IMG/VR virus record: IMGVR_UViG_3300025848_000001
Location: 32,001-96,000 of that record
Reading direction: 5' to 3' (one strand)
DNA length: 64,000 bases
Source: a virus
Lineage: Duplodnaviria > Caudoviricetes
Shown here: in pieces, positions 33,477 through 41,705 of the stretch
How the letters are laid out: each line of letters opens with the position of its first letter
Numbering within the stretch: the stretch's first letter is position 1
The notes under the pieces: model-generated
Database searches by the model: none
Told to the model about the DNA's origin: nothing
What the model saw: only the letters and a program-made list of their open reading frames with translations
Program-made: the position numbers and the translations under genes

Positions 33477-33722
33477 CCCTTATATTCTAGTCGACTACTT
33501 TTTAGATTTTGAAAAATGTTAATATATTTTTATGATGTATGATACATATATTGTACAAAACGGACATTTTGGATAGTGCGCCCATAATTGTGACGTATCT
33601 CACATGAATTTTGTGTGATGTCAATCACAATGTCCGAATTGTTCGCATTTTCAACTTGCAATTTGTCAGACCCCCATGATAGTATTTTATTATTAGATAG
33701 AAAAAAGAAAGGAAGTTTTATA

Positions 33723-33899
33723 ATGACTTCACTAACATTAGAGCAAAAGATTATCAAGGCTGCTCACCTTATCGCTGACGGAAAGTTAGTATCTTTCCGA
33801 GGTGCTTCGTTTGATACATACATGAAAGTAGAACGCCTTGCTAATCGTATCAAGCAAGAGCGTGAGTTTCCTCAATGCCCATGCGGTGAGTGTGACTAA
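33723..33899 (+). CDS. Early small protein with C-terminal CPCGEC
   Basis: GAAAGGAA RBS; first gene after promoter 33664. Confidence 0.7.
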   Translation: MTSLTLEQKIIKAAHLIADGKLVSFRGASFDTYMKVERLANRIKQEREFPQCPCGECD

Positions 33900-33987
33900 C
33901 CTCACACAATAGACACAGCGTGTCGACTTGATAAAATTGAATAAATCTGAAATAATACTAACTAACTAAATGAAAGAAGGTAGCAAA

Positions 33988-34185
33988 ATGAGTGCTAATC
34001 TATACAATATCGAAAGTCTACTAATAGGCAAGCCTTATCGTAGCCGCTCCGTTGAGGGCGAAATCGTGGAGGCTGAAAAGCATCCTAAGTGTGTCTACTA
34101 TGCGGATGCTGAGGCTTATCTAGTCCGTATCCGTAAGAGCATGGGCGGTTATACATACCGCACAGTAGCGGTGAGTGTGGCATAA
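33988..34185 (+). CDS. Early small protein
   Basis: GAAGG RBS; similar to 35049-35276 (E.LL.G..YRS....G.I..A.K....A.AY.VR.R....T.AVS). Confidence 0.7.
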   Translation: MSANLYNIESLLIGKPYRSRSVEGEIVEAEKHPKCVYYADAEAYLVRIRKSMGGYTYRTVAVSVA

Positions 34186-34283
34186 GTCACACATACCTAA
34201 CGGCGTGTCGTGTTGCGCTTGTCGGTGCGCTATGATAATCTACCGATACAAGATAAAGAATAAAAGAAAAGGAATAGAAAATA

Positions 34284-34427
34284 ATGGATAGATACTTACT
34301 AATAGAACTAGGCTCAGATGGAATTGCCTTTGAAACCGCTCAATTTGATTTCTACGCTTCATGGCTAGGAATTGGAATTGCTATCGTGTCAGTGGTAGCG
34401 TATAAGATTTATAAGAACAGAAAGTAA
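34284..34427 (+). CDS. Early small membrane protein (47 aa)
   Basis: MDRYLLIE...WLGIGIAIVSVVAYKIYKNRK; AAAGGAA RBS. Confidence 0.65.
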   Translation: MDRYLLIELGSDGIAFETAQFDFYASWLGIGIAIVSVVAYKIYKNRK

Positions 34428-34440
34428 AGGAATAAAAATA

Positions 34441-34617
34441 ATGTACGCAATGTCATGGGAAAGAAATACTAGAGACTATAAGTATGAAAGTATCCAGCAT
34501 GGATATGAGGTACTAGACTATCAAGATGAAGAACCACTAGAAATATCACTAGAGGAAATGCTAGAATTAGAAAATGAAGAAATGGAAATGGAAGAATTGG
34601 GTGAGATTTATGGCTAA
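34441..34617 (+). CDS. Early highly acidic protein (58 aa)
   Basis: ...DEEPLEISLEEMLELENEEMEMEELGEIYG; AAAGGAA RBS. Confidence 0.65.
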   Translation: MYAMSWERNTRDYKYESIQHGYEVLDYQDEEPLEISLEEMLELENEEMEMEELGEIYG

Positions 34618-34708
34618 GGATAAATGCTCTATGTGCTATGGTAGAGGTGTGATGTATGTAGGCGATAGGTATGAATATACAATAGAGCCTTGTGAGTGTA
34701 AAGCATGA
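34610..34708 (+). CDS. Early Zn-ribbon micro-protein (32 aa)
   Basis: CSMCYGRG...EPCEC; probable paralog of 35619-35774. Confidence 0.55.
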   Translation: MAKDKCSMCYGRGVMYVGDRYEYTIEPCECKA

Positions 34709-34869
34709 ATAGACTACTAACTAGCCTTGTGCAATTAGCCCTTGTTATACCCGCCCTATACATGGGGCGTATAGCGTGGGAAATGCTAAAAGAAGATGTG
34801 AGAGAACTCACAAAATAAATACGGCGTGTCGGCTTGACAAAAAGCTGATCGCCCGCAACGATTGTGGAG

Positions 34870-34899
34870 TTATCCACAGGTTTACGGGAGTTATCCACA
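34870..34899 (+). promoter_or_regulatory. Two perfect DnaA boxes
   Basis: TTATCCACA at 34870 and 34891, 21 bp apart. Confidence 0.7.
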
Positions 34900-35048
34900 A
34901 CCCCTGGATTTTTGCGACACGCCGAAGATTTTGTGATTTTTATCACACGAATTGAGCGTCTCAAAATATGGAATTACTCGCTAGTAAGTAGAAAAATGTC
35001 GGTGGGCTATGATACCCTTACAGGGTAACAAAATGAAAGGAAAACTAA

Positions 35049-35276
35049 ATGATAAAAAAATATTCTACTGAAAACATTCTTGAGGGAACTTATTATCGTT
35101 CCACTAATCGTTATCCTATGGACGGACTTATCAACTACGCTTCTAAGCGTCATTATTGGGTAGGCGAGGACGCTACTGCCTATGTCGTAAGGGTTCGCCC
35201 TATCTATGACCCATCTAACCCTAAAACATGGGGTAAAGATTTTTGGGCTACTATTGCCGTAAGCCATGCCGACTAA
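35049..35276 (+). CDS. Early small protein
   Basis: GAAAGGAA RBS after promoter 34997. Confidence 0.75.
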   Translation: MIKKYSTENILEGTYYRSTNRYPMDGLINYASKRHYWVGEDATAYVVRVRPIYDPSNPKTWGKDFWATIAVSHAD

Positions 35277-35323
35277 ATGTCGGTGGCTTCCGCTATAATC
35301 TAAATACTACGAAAGGAAAACTA

Positions 35324-35476
35324 ATGAAAATAAGTGTAAATGAAAATTATTACTCAACAGACGAAAGTTTTTTTTGCTGTGATGAACAGGTAATAAAAAT
35401 GTATTGCGAACCTCATGGCGAGTTTATGGGTTGTTATTTTTGCGAATTTGATTATACAGAAAAATGCGAATGCTAG
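35324..35476 (+). CDS. Early Cys-rich small protein
   Basis: ACGAAAGGAA RBS; CC..C.PH...C.FC...CEC. Confidence 0.7.
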   Translation: MKISVNENYYSTDESFFCCDEQVIKMYCEPHGEFMGCYFCEFDYTEKCEC

Positions 35477-35618
35477 GAGATAAAAAAATGGATTTGATCG
35501 ATTTTAGAAATTATGTAAAAGCTGAGCGTGAAGCAACACGCCAGCAAAACCTCACCGCAATTTTGTCGGTGGCTTCTGCTACAATTACAGAAAACAACGA
35601 ACGAAAGGAAAACTAAAA

Positions 35619-35774
35619 ATGAAAGTAATTCACACTCTATCTTTTGACTGCGATACCTGCTATGGAAAAGGTTGGTTATTTTATGGCGGAGGCGAGGACT
35701 ATAATGTTGAGCCTTGCGACTGTAACCCTAACTCTGATTTTGACGGCTCTTTATTTGTAAAGGAAAATGACTAA
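35619..35774 (+). CDS. Early Zn-ribbon small protein
   Basis: CDTCYGKG...EPCDC; AACGAAAGGAA RBS. Confidence 0.65.
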   Translation: MKVIHTLSFDCDTCYGKGWLFYGGGEDYNVEPCDCNPNSDFDGSLFVKEND

Positions 35775-35919
35775 TGAAAAAAAATGTTCTAATCTCTTTT
35801 GTTACTGAGGCTGATACTGATTTGGAAGCGGTATTTGACCTAAACAAAATTTTTCTAGCCTTGCCTGAAAGCGAACTAAAAAAGTTTGATGTATTTGATG
35901 TTTTGGAGGTTGTTGAATA

Positions 35920-36108
35920 ATGATGACACGAAAAGACTATGTTGCTACCGCAGAAATTCTGCGGTATGTATCAGACAAAACTCACCCTGCTGTATTTTCA
36001 AAAATGGTTGTAGATTTTGCTGAGATGTTCGCAAGAGATAATGAAAGATTTGATGCGAATAAATTTTATTCCGCAGCGAATTACAAAATACCAAGTTTTA
36101 GGAGTTGA
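35920..36108 (+). CDS. Early small protein
   Basis: MTRKDY...DNERFD..KF motif, common in phage early regions. Confidence 0.7.
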   Translation: MMTRKDYVATAEILRYVSDKTHPAVFSKMVVDFAEMFARDNERFDANKFYSAANYKIPSFRS

Positions 36109-36109
36109 A

Positions 36110-36256
36110 ATGAAATTACAAAATAAAGAAAGAATAAAAAAAGTTTTGGAAATTCGCCGCAGTAATGCGGCGACACCAATTCCATCTAAAAAAACTTATT
36201 CACGAAAACGAAAACATAAAAAAACCGCTGTTGGTAAAACTATGAATTGGGATTAG
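36110..36256 (+). CDS. Basic small protein
   Basis: RRSNAA.P..SKK.YSRKRKHK; AGGAG RBS. Confidence 0.65.
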   Translation: MKLQNKERIKKVLEIRRSNAATPIPSKKTYSRKRKHKKTAVGKTMNWD

Positions 36257-36440
36257 TTGAATTTTCAACTAATCGCCCGCAAGAACTGTGGGGGCGCCAA
36301 GCTTGTTACGTCAAGTCCAAAACACCCTTAAAATTTGTGATGTTTATCACAAAAATAATTTTTAGACACGCCGATAATAAAACTAATTTGTCAGTAGATT
36401 ACGCTATAATTCTCGCATAACAACAAACGAAAGGTAAAAA

Positions 36441-36692
36441 ATGAAAGACATGACTAGATGGGCATTATTCCCATTCACCGTTGACGGAGTAGAATTCGTA
36501 TCTAAGTTAGATATCGAAGGCTCAATGTATAATCAAGTAAAAAATCTGCCTGCTGGATTATTTACTGCTATGAACGAGGGTGCTATCCGTGAAATAATCG
36601 GTTCAGTATCTACTATGTCTAAATCTGAAATTCAGGCAGAATTAGACCGTGTAAATGAGGGTTATTCGCAGGCTTATTTAGCCCTAGCCTAA
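36441..36692 (+). CDS. Early hypothetical protein
   Basis: CAAACGAAAGG RBS. Confidence 0.75.
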   Translation: MKDMTRWALFPFTVDGVEFVSKLDIEGSMYNQVKNLPAGLFTAMNEGAIREIIGSVSTMSKSEIQAELDRVNEGYSQAYLALA

Positions 36693-36748
36693 TAATGTCG
36701 GTGGGCTAGTGTATAATCTAGCCCACTAACAACAAACGAAAGGGAATT

Positions 36749-37021
36749 ATGTTATCAACTGCTTCTGCTCTACTTGAGGCTACTCAAGAGGGAATAATTG
36801 GCGATGAACAAATGGAACTTGCTTCTTTTATTGTAAATGCTCGCCATGAACTAGACCAAGAACAATTTGCTAAAGCGATGTTTATGTATGCTACTGCTAT
36901 TGCTTCATGCGTAACTGATAAAGTTACTAAAGTATTACTAACTGAAAGTCAATTTAGAGAACTAATTGAAACTATTGACGAAATGGAAACAATGTCTAAT
37001 GAGGTGCTAAATGGGAAGTAA
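36749..37021 (+). CDS. Early hypothetical protein
   Basis: CAAACGAAAGGG RBS. Confidence 0.75.
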   Translation: MLSTASALLEATQEGIIGDEQMELASFIVNARHELDQEQFAKAMFMYATAIASCVTDKVTKVLLTESQFRELIETIDEMETMSNEVLNGK

Positions 37022-37283
37022 TCTTGCTTATGATTTAGCAAATGGCGAAATGGATTTATCTAGTGCTATTGCTATACACTTATCAGCTAATCATTATCCA
37101 CCCGTCCCCAAATTTATGGTGGAGCCGTGTATCGAGGCTATTTTTGCCTATGATGAAGGCGAAATAGATCGTGAAATAGCCATGCCCGAAGGAGTATCCT
37201 ATAAAGGTAGAGATACTGCTCCTGCGTGGGCTATTGTAGAACAGCACCACTTAGATGCGTGGATAACTAACTACGAGGAATAA
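37011..37283 (+). CDS. Early hypothetical protein
   Basis: HL.ANHYPPVP...HHLDAW motif. Confidence 0.75.
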   Translation: MGSNLAYDLANGEMDLSSAIAIHLSANHYPPVPKFMVEPCIEAIFAYDEGEIDREIAMPEGVSYKGRDTAPAWAIVEQHHLDAWITNYEE

Positions 37284-37335
37284 TTGTCGGTGGGGTGGTG
37301 TATAATCACCCTGTCAAACTAACGAAAGGGAAAAA

Positions 37336-37482
37336 ATGCTAGAAATCGGACAAACCTACACAACTACCCAAAGCGGTATTGTTGGAATTATCAAGGCGAT
37401 TGACAATCACCCAAGTGGAGTAAATCGTATTCTCCTTGATGTAAATGGCGCAGAACGCTGGACAAGCGCACCTGCTAAATAA
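37336..37482 (+). CDS. Early small protein (48 aa)
   Basis: MLEIGQTYTTTQSGIVG...; AACGAAAGGG RBS. Confidence 0.65.
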   Translation: MLEIGQTYTTTQSGIVGIIKAIDNHPSGVNRILLDVNGAERWTSAPAK

Positions 37483-37565
37483 CAACTAAATAGGCAGGGC
37501 TCACCAAAATGTCGGTGGGCTCTGCTACAATTTTGCTCAACAAATAACGAAAGGAAAATAAACAA

Positions 37566-37991
37566 ATGGCAAGAAACGGAAAATCTATTAGTGTCAAGAT
37601 TGCTACAACTAAAGTAATCAAAGCACTAGAAACTAAGTTAGCAGAATTAGAGGCTAACTACAAAAAGCAAGATGAAAACGAAGCAAAATACCAAAAGTCT
37701 ATGGAAAAATGGCGTAAAGAAGTTGGTAAGTTTGCTATTGCTAACATCTCAAAGGCAGAAAACTTCCGCACAAATTATCGCTCATGGAACAAAACTCTCA
37801 ATGTAGATTTTGACCTGACCTGTAATGAAGCAGATTTCCCTGCTGAACCTGTGCGTGATTTTGAGGTAATTCATCAGCACACATACAACGAGATGAAAGA
37901 GGAAATCTCTAACGCTATCCGTATTCTCAAGATGACAGATGAGGAAGTTGTAAGCACCTCAACTTACAACGCTATCGCTCGTTATCTCTAA
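37566..37991 (+). CDS. Early hypothetical protein
   Basis: 141 aa; AACGAAAGGAA RBS; followed by a hairpin. Confidence 0.8.
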   Translation: MARNGKSISVKIATTKVIKALETKLAELEANYKKQDENEAKYQKSMEKWRKEVGKFAIANISKAENFRTNYRSWNKTLNVDFDLTCNEADFPAEPVRDFEVIHQHTYNEMKEEISNAIRILKMTDEEVVSTSTYNAIARYL

Positions 37992-38064
37992 TAGCGTGGG
38001 GGCTAGACAAACTCTAGCCCCCTATGCTACAATTCGTATCCCTACTAACAAAGGAAATAAATAA

Positions 38065-38298
38065 ATGCGATTGGCTGAAATATTCGAAGTAGAATACTCA
38101 GTAAGTCCTGGCGGTGTAGATTGCTGGGAAATGGAAGTAAGAACAGGTGTGGGACAACATCACAACTATTCTGAATACAAATCTGCTGGTGAGGCGTTGA
38201 ATCACCTGCTATCGCTCTATCCTGATGAGCAATTAAACATAACAATAACAAATCTAATAACTTACAATAAACTTATTGAAGAAGGTGTTTATGCGTAA
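38065..38298 (+). CDS. Early hypothetical protein
   Basis: AAAGGAA RBS. Confidence 0.7.
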   Translation: MRLAEIFEVEYSVSPGGVDCWEMEVRTGVGQHHNYSEYKSAGEALNHLLSLYPDEQLNITITNLITYNKLIEEGVYA

Positions 38299-38548
38299 TA
38301 GATTTAGAATTGAGATCTATGATGAAAATAAGTTAAATGATTTAACTCTTTATTCTGAGCAAGGCGTAGATAAAGAATACTTAACTGAATTAGTATTTTC
38401 TAATTTATCTCAGTTTTCTGGTAGAGTAAAAGCATATGTCTATGATGAATTAAAAAAGAAAAAGACAGTTGCTTTGTTAATACCTGAAGAAACTGTAATT
38501 AATCTTAAACCAAAACAATTGACTAGAATTGAGTTAGGTTTAATTTAA
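38291..38548 (+). CDS. Early hypothetical protein
   Basis: Coupled ORF; GAAGG RBS. Confidence 0.7.
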   Translation: MRNRFRIEIYDENKLNDLTLYSEQGVDKEYLTELVFSNLSQFSGRVKAYVYDELKKKKTVALLIPEETVINLKPKQLTRIELGLI

Positions 38549-38782
38549 AATAATTGGGGCGGGTTTGAACTGTGTAATCATCTAGATTCCCGCCCCATTC
38601 CAATTTTTGCCCGCAAGAACTGTGGGGGCGCCGAGCTCTTTACGTCAAGTCAAAAACACCCCTTAAATTGTGAGATTAATCACAATGTCCGATTTGCCCT
38701 ATCTTACATCTAATCTGTTGCCAAATGTCGGTGGCGTAGTGTATAATTCAGATTCAATCTAACAATGAAAGGAAATAAATTC

Positions 38783-39793
38783 ATGGCTCATAACCTTGAA
38801 ACTAATGGCGACGAAGTCGCTTTCGCCCTACGTGGCACACCTGCTTGGCATAATCTTGCCAATCGTATCTTCAATCAAGATGAAGATGTCTCAACTCAAT
38901 TGATGTTAGACGAAGCAAAACTTTCTAATTGGAATGTTCGCTTGTCTCCAATTACTGATTTTATTCCAGAAAATTGGAATGACACATCAGATTCACAATT
39001 GGTAATTCGTACCAATCCATTCAATAATGGTACCGATGTTCTTTCTACTGTCGGCTCACGATATAAAGTTGTTCAGAATGAAGAATTATTTTCATTCGCT
39101 GACAATATCCTAGATGGCGATTCTCGCTGTGCTTGGGAATCTGCTGGCTCTCTCAAGGGTGGTAAAGTTGTATTCGGCTCTCTTACTGTCCCTCGTGAAA
39201 TGGTATTAGACCCACAAGGTGCTAACGATAAAACAAAATTGTATCTTATCGTTTGGACATCTCACGATGGTTCTGTCGCTGTTCAAGCAGCAATCACACC
39301 TGTTCGTGTTGTATGCCAAAACACTTTGAATCTCGCAATGCGTTCTGCTAAGCAATCTTTCAAGATTCGCCATACTCAGACTGCTGAAGGTAAGATTCAA
39401 ATTGCTCGTGAAACTCTTGGTCTAACTCTTGGATACTTTGACGCATTCGAGAAAGAGGCTCAGGAATTGTTCAAATCAGAAATTACTGATAAGCAATTCT
39501 ATGATTTGATTCGCACAATTTATCCTAAGCCTGCGGAAGATTCTTCCAAATTGGCTCAGACTAAGTGGGAAAATAAAGTTATTCTTCTTGATGACCTTTA
39601 TTTCAATTCACCTACTAATGCTAACATCAAGGGTACAAAATGGGGTGCTTTCAATGCGCTTACTGAACGCCTTGATTATTTCCGTCCGACACGGAAAAAT
39701 AATTCAGAATCTAAGTGGGCTTCCGCTTCAGGTTTTGACCCGATTATTACTGCTGAGAAGAATAAAATTCTTCAAGTTGTAAAATCATTCTAA
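38783..39793 (+). CDS. DUF932 / TIGR03299-type phage-plasmid protein
   Basis: MAH...PAWH.L, YKVVQNEELF, ESAGSLKGG, SHDGS, TPVRVVCQNTL, RHT, GTKWGAFNALTE. Confidence 0.85.
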   Translation: MAHNLETNGDEVAFALRGTPAWHNLANRIFNQDEDVSTQLMLDEAKLSNWNVRLSPITDFIPENWNDTSDSQLVIRTNPFNNGTDVLSTVGSRYKVVQNEELFSFADNILDGDSRCAWESAGSLKGGKVVFGSLTVPREMVLDPQGANDKTKLYLIVWTSHDGSVAVQAAITPVRVVCQNTLNLAMRSAKQSFKIRHTQTAEGKIQIARETLGLTLGYFDAFEKEAQELFKSEITDKQFYDLIRTIYPKPAEDSSKLAQTKWENKVILLDDLYFNSPTNANIKGTKWGAFNALTERLDYFRPTRKNNSESKWASASGFDPIITAEKNKILQVVKSF

Positions 39794-39798
39794 AGAAT

Positions 39799-39818
39799 GG
39801 GGCCCCGCAAGGGGCCCC
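39799..39818 (+). terminator. GC hairpin with GCAA tetraloop
   Basis: GGGGCCCC-GCAA-GGGGCCCC directly after the stop codon. Confidence 0.75.
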
Positions 39819-39974
39819 TCCTCTTCGATCTAATTTGACAAAGCTGCAAAAATGCCCGCAGAAGGTAAAGGCGAAAAATGTGTTTTACGTCACATTTTAA
39901 AAATCCCCTAAAAAGCCTGGACTTTTGTCAGTCAGGTCCGCTATAATACTCCATATAACAACGAAAGGAATAAA

Positions 39975-40439
39975 ATGGAAAAAGTAACACAAGATGCATA
40001 TGCTCCGCACCAATTGATAACTCTTAAGCAGATTACTGGCGAGGATGTTGAATTCGAGTTATATAAAGTAACTGAGTTAGAAACAGTTTTGCATGATGCA
40101 AAGAGTAGAATTAATCAATTAACTGGACGCTTAGAGGCACAGGAAAAGCAAATTGGTTTAATTTTAAATAAGATGACGTCAGATGAATGGTATTCATCCA
40201 GCGTTGAAAAGTTTGAGGTATTGTCAGACCTATGTGATATTCTTGGGTTTGAACCAAAGCAAAGCATTCGTATTACTGCTACCGTTGAGGTTGAAGTTGA
40301 CTACGATTGTCCACTTGATGAAATTGAAGACTTTGATGCAGGAGATTTCTTACAAGATGTTTTAACAATTGATACATATCATGGTGATGCTATGGTTTAT
40401 TCATACAACGTAGAATCAGCAGATTGGGCTACGCACTAA
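39975..40439 (+). CDS. Early acidic protein
   Basis: AACGAAAGGAAT RBS. Confidence 0.75.
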   Translation: MEKVTQDAYAPHQLITLKQITGEDVEFELYKVTELETVLHDAKSRINQLTGRLEAQEKQIGLILNKMTSDEWYSSSVEKFEVLSDLCDILGFEPKQSIRITATVEVEVDYDCPLDEIEDFDAGDFLQDVLTIDTYHGDAMVYSYNVESADWATH

Positions 40440-40651
40440 TGTATTATCAACTACAGGCACCCACTAGCGCAGCCTGCAAGGCTGCCTATTGGGAGGCAGA
40501 GTTTTCAGGACTTGACCCATATTGGCTTGAGTCTAATGTATTTGAATTAGGAACAGGAAGCATTGAAAAAGTTTCTGCCTTGATTTCCAAATATAATCTT
40601 GATATACTAGTTGAATCAGATTATCAACCAACTGGTTATACAAGGAGGTAG
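40439..40651 (+). CDS. Early hypothetical protein
   Basis: TAATG-coupled start. Confidence 0.65.
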   Translation: MYYQLQAPTSAACKAAYWEAEFSGLDPYWLESNVFELGTGSIEKVSALISKYNLDILVESDYQPTGYTRR

Positions 40652-40652
40652 T

Positions 40653-40817
40653 ATGGACTACAAAGACGGTTTTGAAGACGGAGTTAAGTTTACTCGTGAA
40701 GTAATCATTGCTAATATTCGTAAATGGGCTGAGGATTCTATTCTTGGCGAAGAAGGAGCAATTATGGACAGCGTTGCAGATAAAATCGAATTTGGGACAT
40801 TAGACAATGACCTCTGA
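40653..40817 (+). CDS. Early hypothetical protein
   Basis: AGGAGG RBS. Confidence 0.65.
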   Translation: MDYKDGFEDGVKFTREVIIANIRKWAEDSILGEEGAIMDSVADKIEFGTLDNDL

Positions 40818-41028
40818 GGATCTTACAATAGAATGGATTAAATGCGATTCTTGTTCCGCCCGTGCAGCTTGGCTTGCACGTGGTACTAATGGTGAGCTTA
40901 CATTTTGTGGACACCATTTAAATAAGAATAAGTCGGGCCTTGACAGTTGGGCCTATGAAATTATAGAATTGGGTAAAGAAGAACTACCTAAGAAACGAAC
41001 TAGACGAAAGGCGGTAAAAAATGGGTGA
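40807..41028 (+). CDS. Zn-finger protein
   Basis: CDSC...L.FCGHH motif found in actinobacterial and actinophage proteins. Confidence 0.7.
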   Translation: MTSEDLTIEWIKCDSCSARAAWLARGTNGELTFCGHHLNKNKSGLDSWAYEIIELGKEELPKKRTRRKAVKNG

Positions 41029-41425
41029 CAGAGCAAATTTTGTTTTTGTACAACCAAGCGGAGAGACCATTGTCCTATATGGACATTGGGCAGGACATAA
41101 CATGTTGGAGCATTTAGGCGAGGCTGTAGCCAAGGCACAGTCACGTTGGTCGGACCCTTCATATGCAACACGTATAGCAATTAGTCAAATGATTGGCGAC
41201 GGTTGGGGCATGGAAACTGGATGGGGACTGCAAGTAAATGAGATATCAGACAATGAACACAAGATTCCTGTGATTAATTGGCTGGAACAGACTATGTCTC
41301 TTCATGAGGAAGATTCACATTTCAACGAATCTAATAAGGTCCGTGGAATGAAGAATGAAGCGATATTCACAATTGATTTGCGAACGTTTGTAGAGAAATA
41401 CACGGACGCAAAACTTTTGGTATAA
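41021..41425 (+). CDS. Early hypothetical protein
   Basis: MGDRANF...LYGHWAG...RWSDPSYATRI. Confidence 0.8.
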   Translation: MGDRANFVFVQPSGETIVLYGHWAGHNMLEHLGEAVAKAQSRWSDPSYATRIAISQMIGDGWGMETGWGLQVNEISDNEHKIPVINWLEQTMSLHEEDSHFNESNKVRGMKNEAIFTIDLRTFVEKYTDAKLLV

Positions 41426-41556
41426 TATTAATAATGAGGTGCCGCTACTAGCGATTCCGCAAGTGGTTAACTAAAGCAGCATTTACTTAAATTCCTTTCG
41501 TTTGGCTAGCAGCCTCATATTAATAGGGCCCCTGGGATCCAGGGGCCTTTCCTTTT
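41426..41556 (+). ncRNA. Candidate small RNA antisense to the early-gene ribosome-binding leader
   Basis: Extended -10 TGGTATAAT at 41418; closing stem; ATTCCTTTCGTTTG at 41491-41504; terminator 41527-41556; no usable ORF. Confidence 0.6.
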
Positions 41557-41705
41557 GCCCGCAGTAACTGAGGGTAGCTAAAGCTTGTTACGTTGTCAAG
41601 TCAAAATCCCCTAAATTTTGATCAGCTGCGATGTGTCCCACATCATATAGACAAATGTCAGTGGGGGGATGTATAATAATGCTCCATAACGAGAAAGGAA
41701 TATAT

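Larger units (their letters stand above)
33589..41642. promoter_or_regulatory. Array of CRP/GlxR-type boxes TGTGA-N6-TCACA
   Basis: Perfect at 33589, 33614, 33891, 34797, 34932, 36336, 38669; near-perfect at 34176, 39879, 41627. Confidence 0.8.

Noticed and set aside
33635-33645. CGAATTGTTCG as a LexA SOS box
   Set aside because: The spacing does not fit CGAAC-N4-GTTCG
34629-35267. Minus-strand ORFs in the early region
   Set aside because: They overlap plus-strand genes and promoters that have clear RBSs
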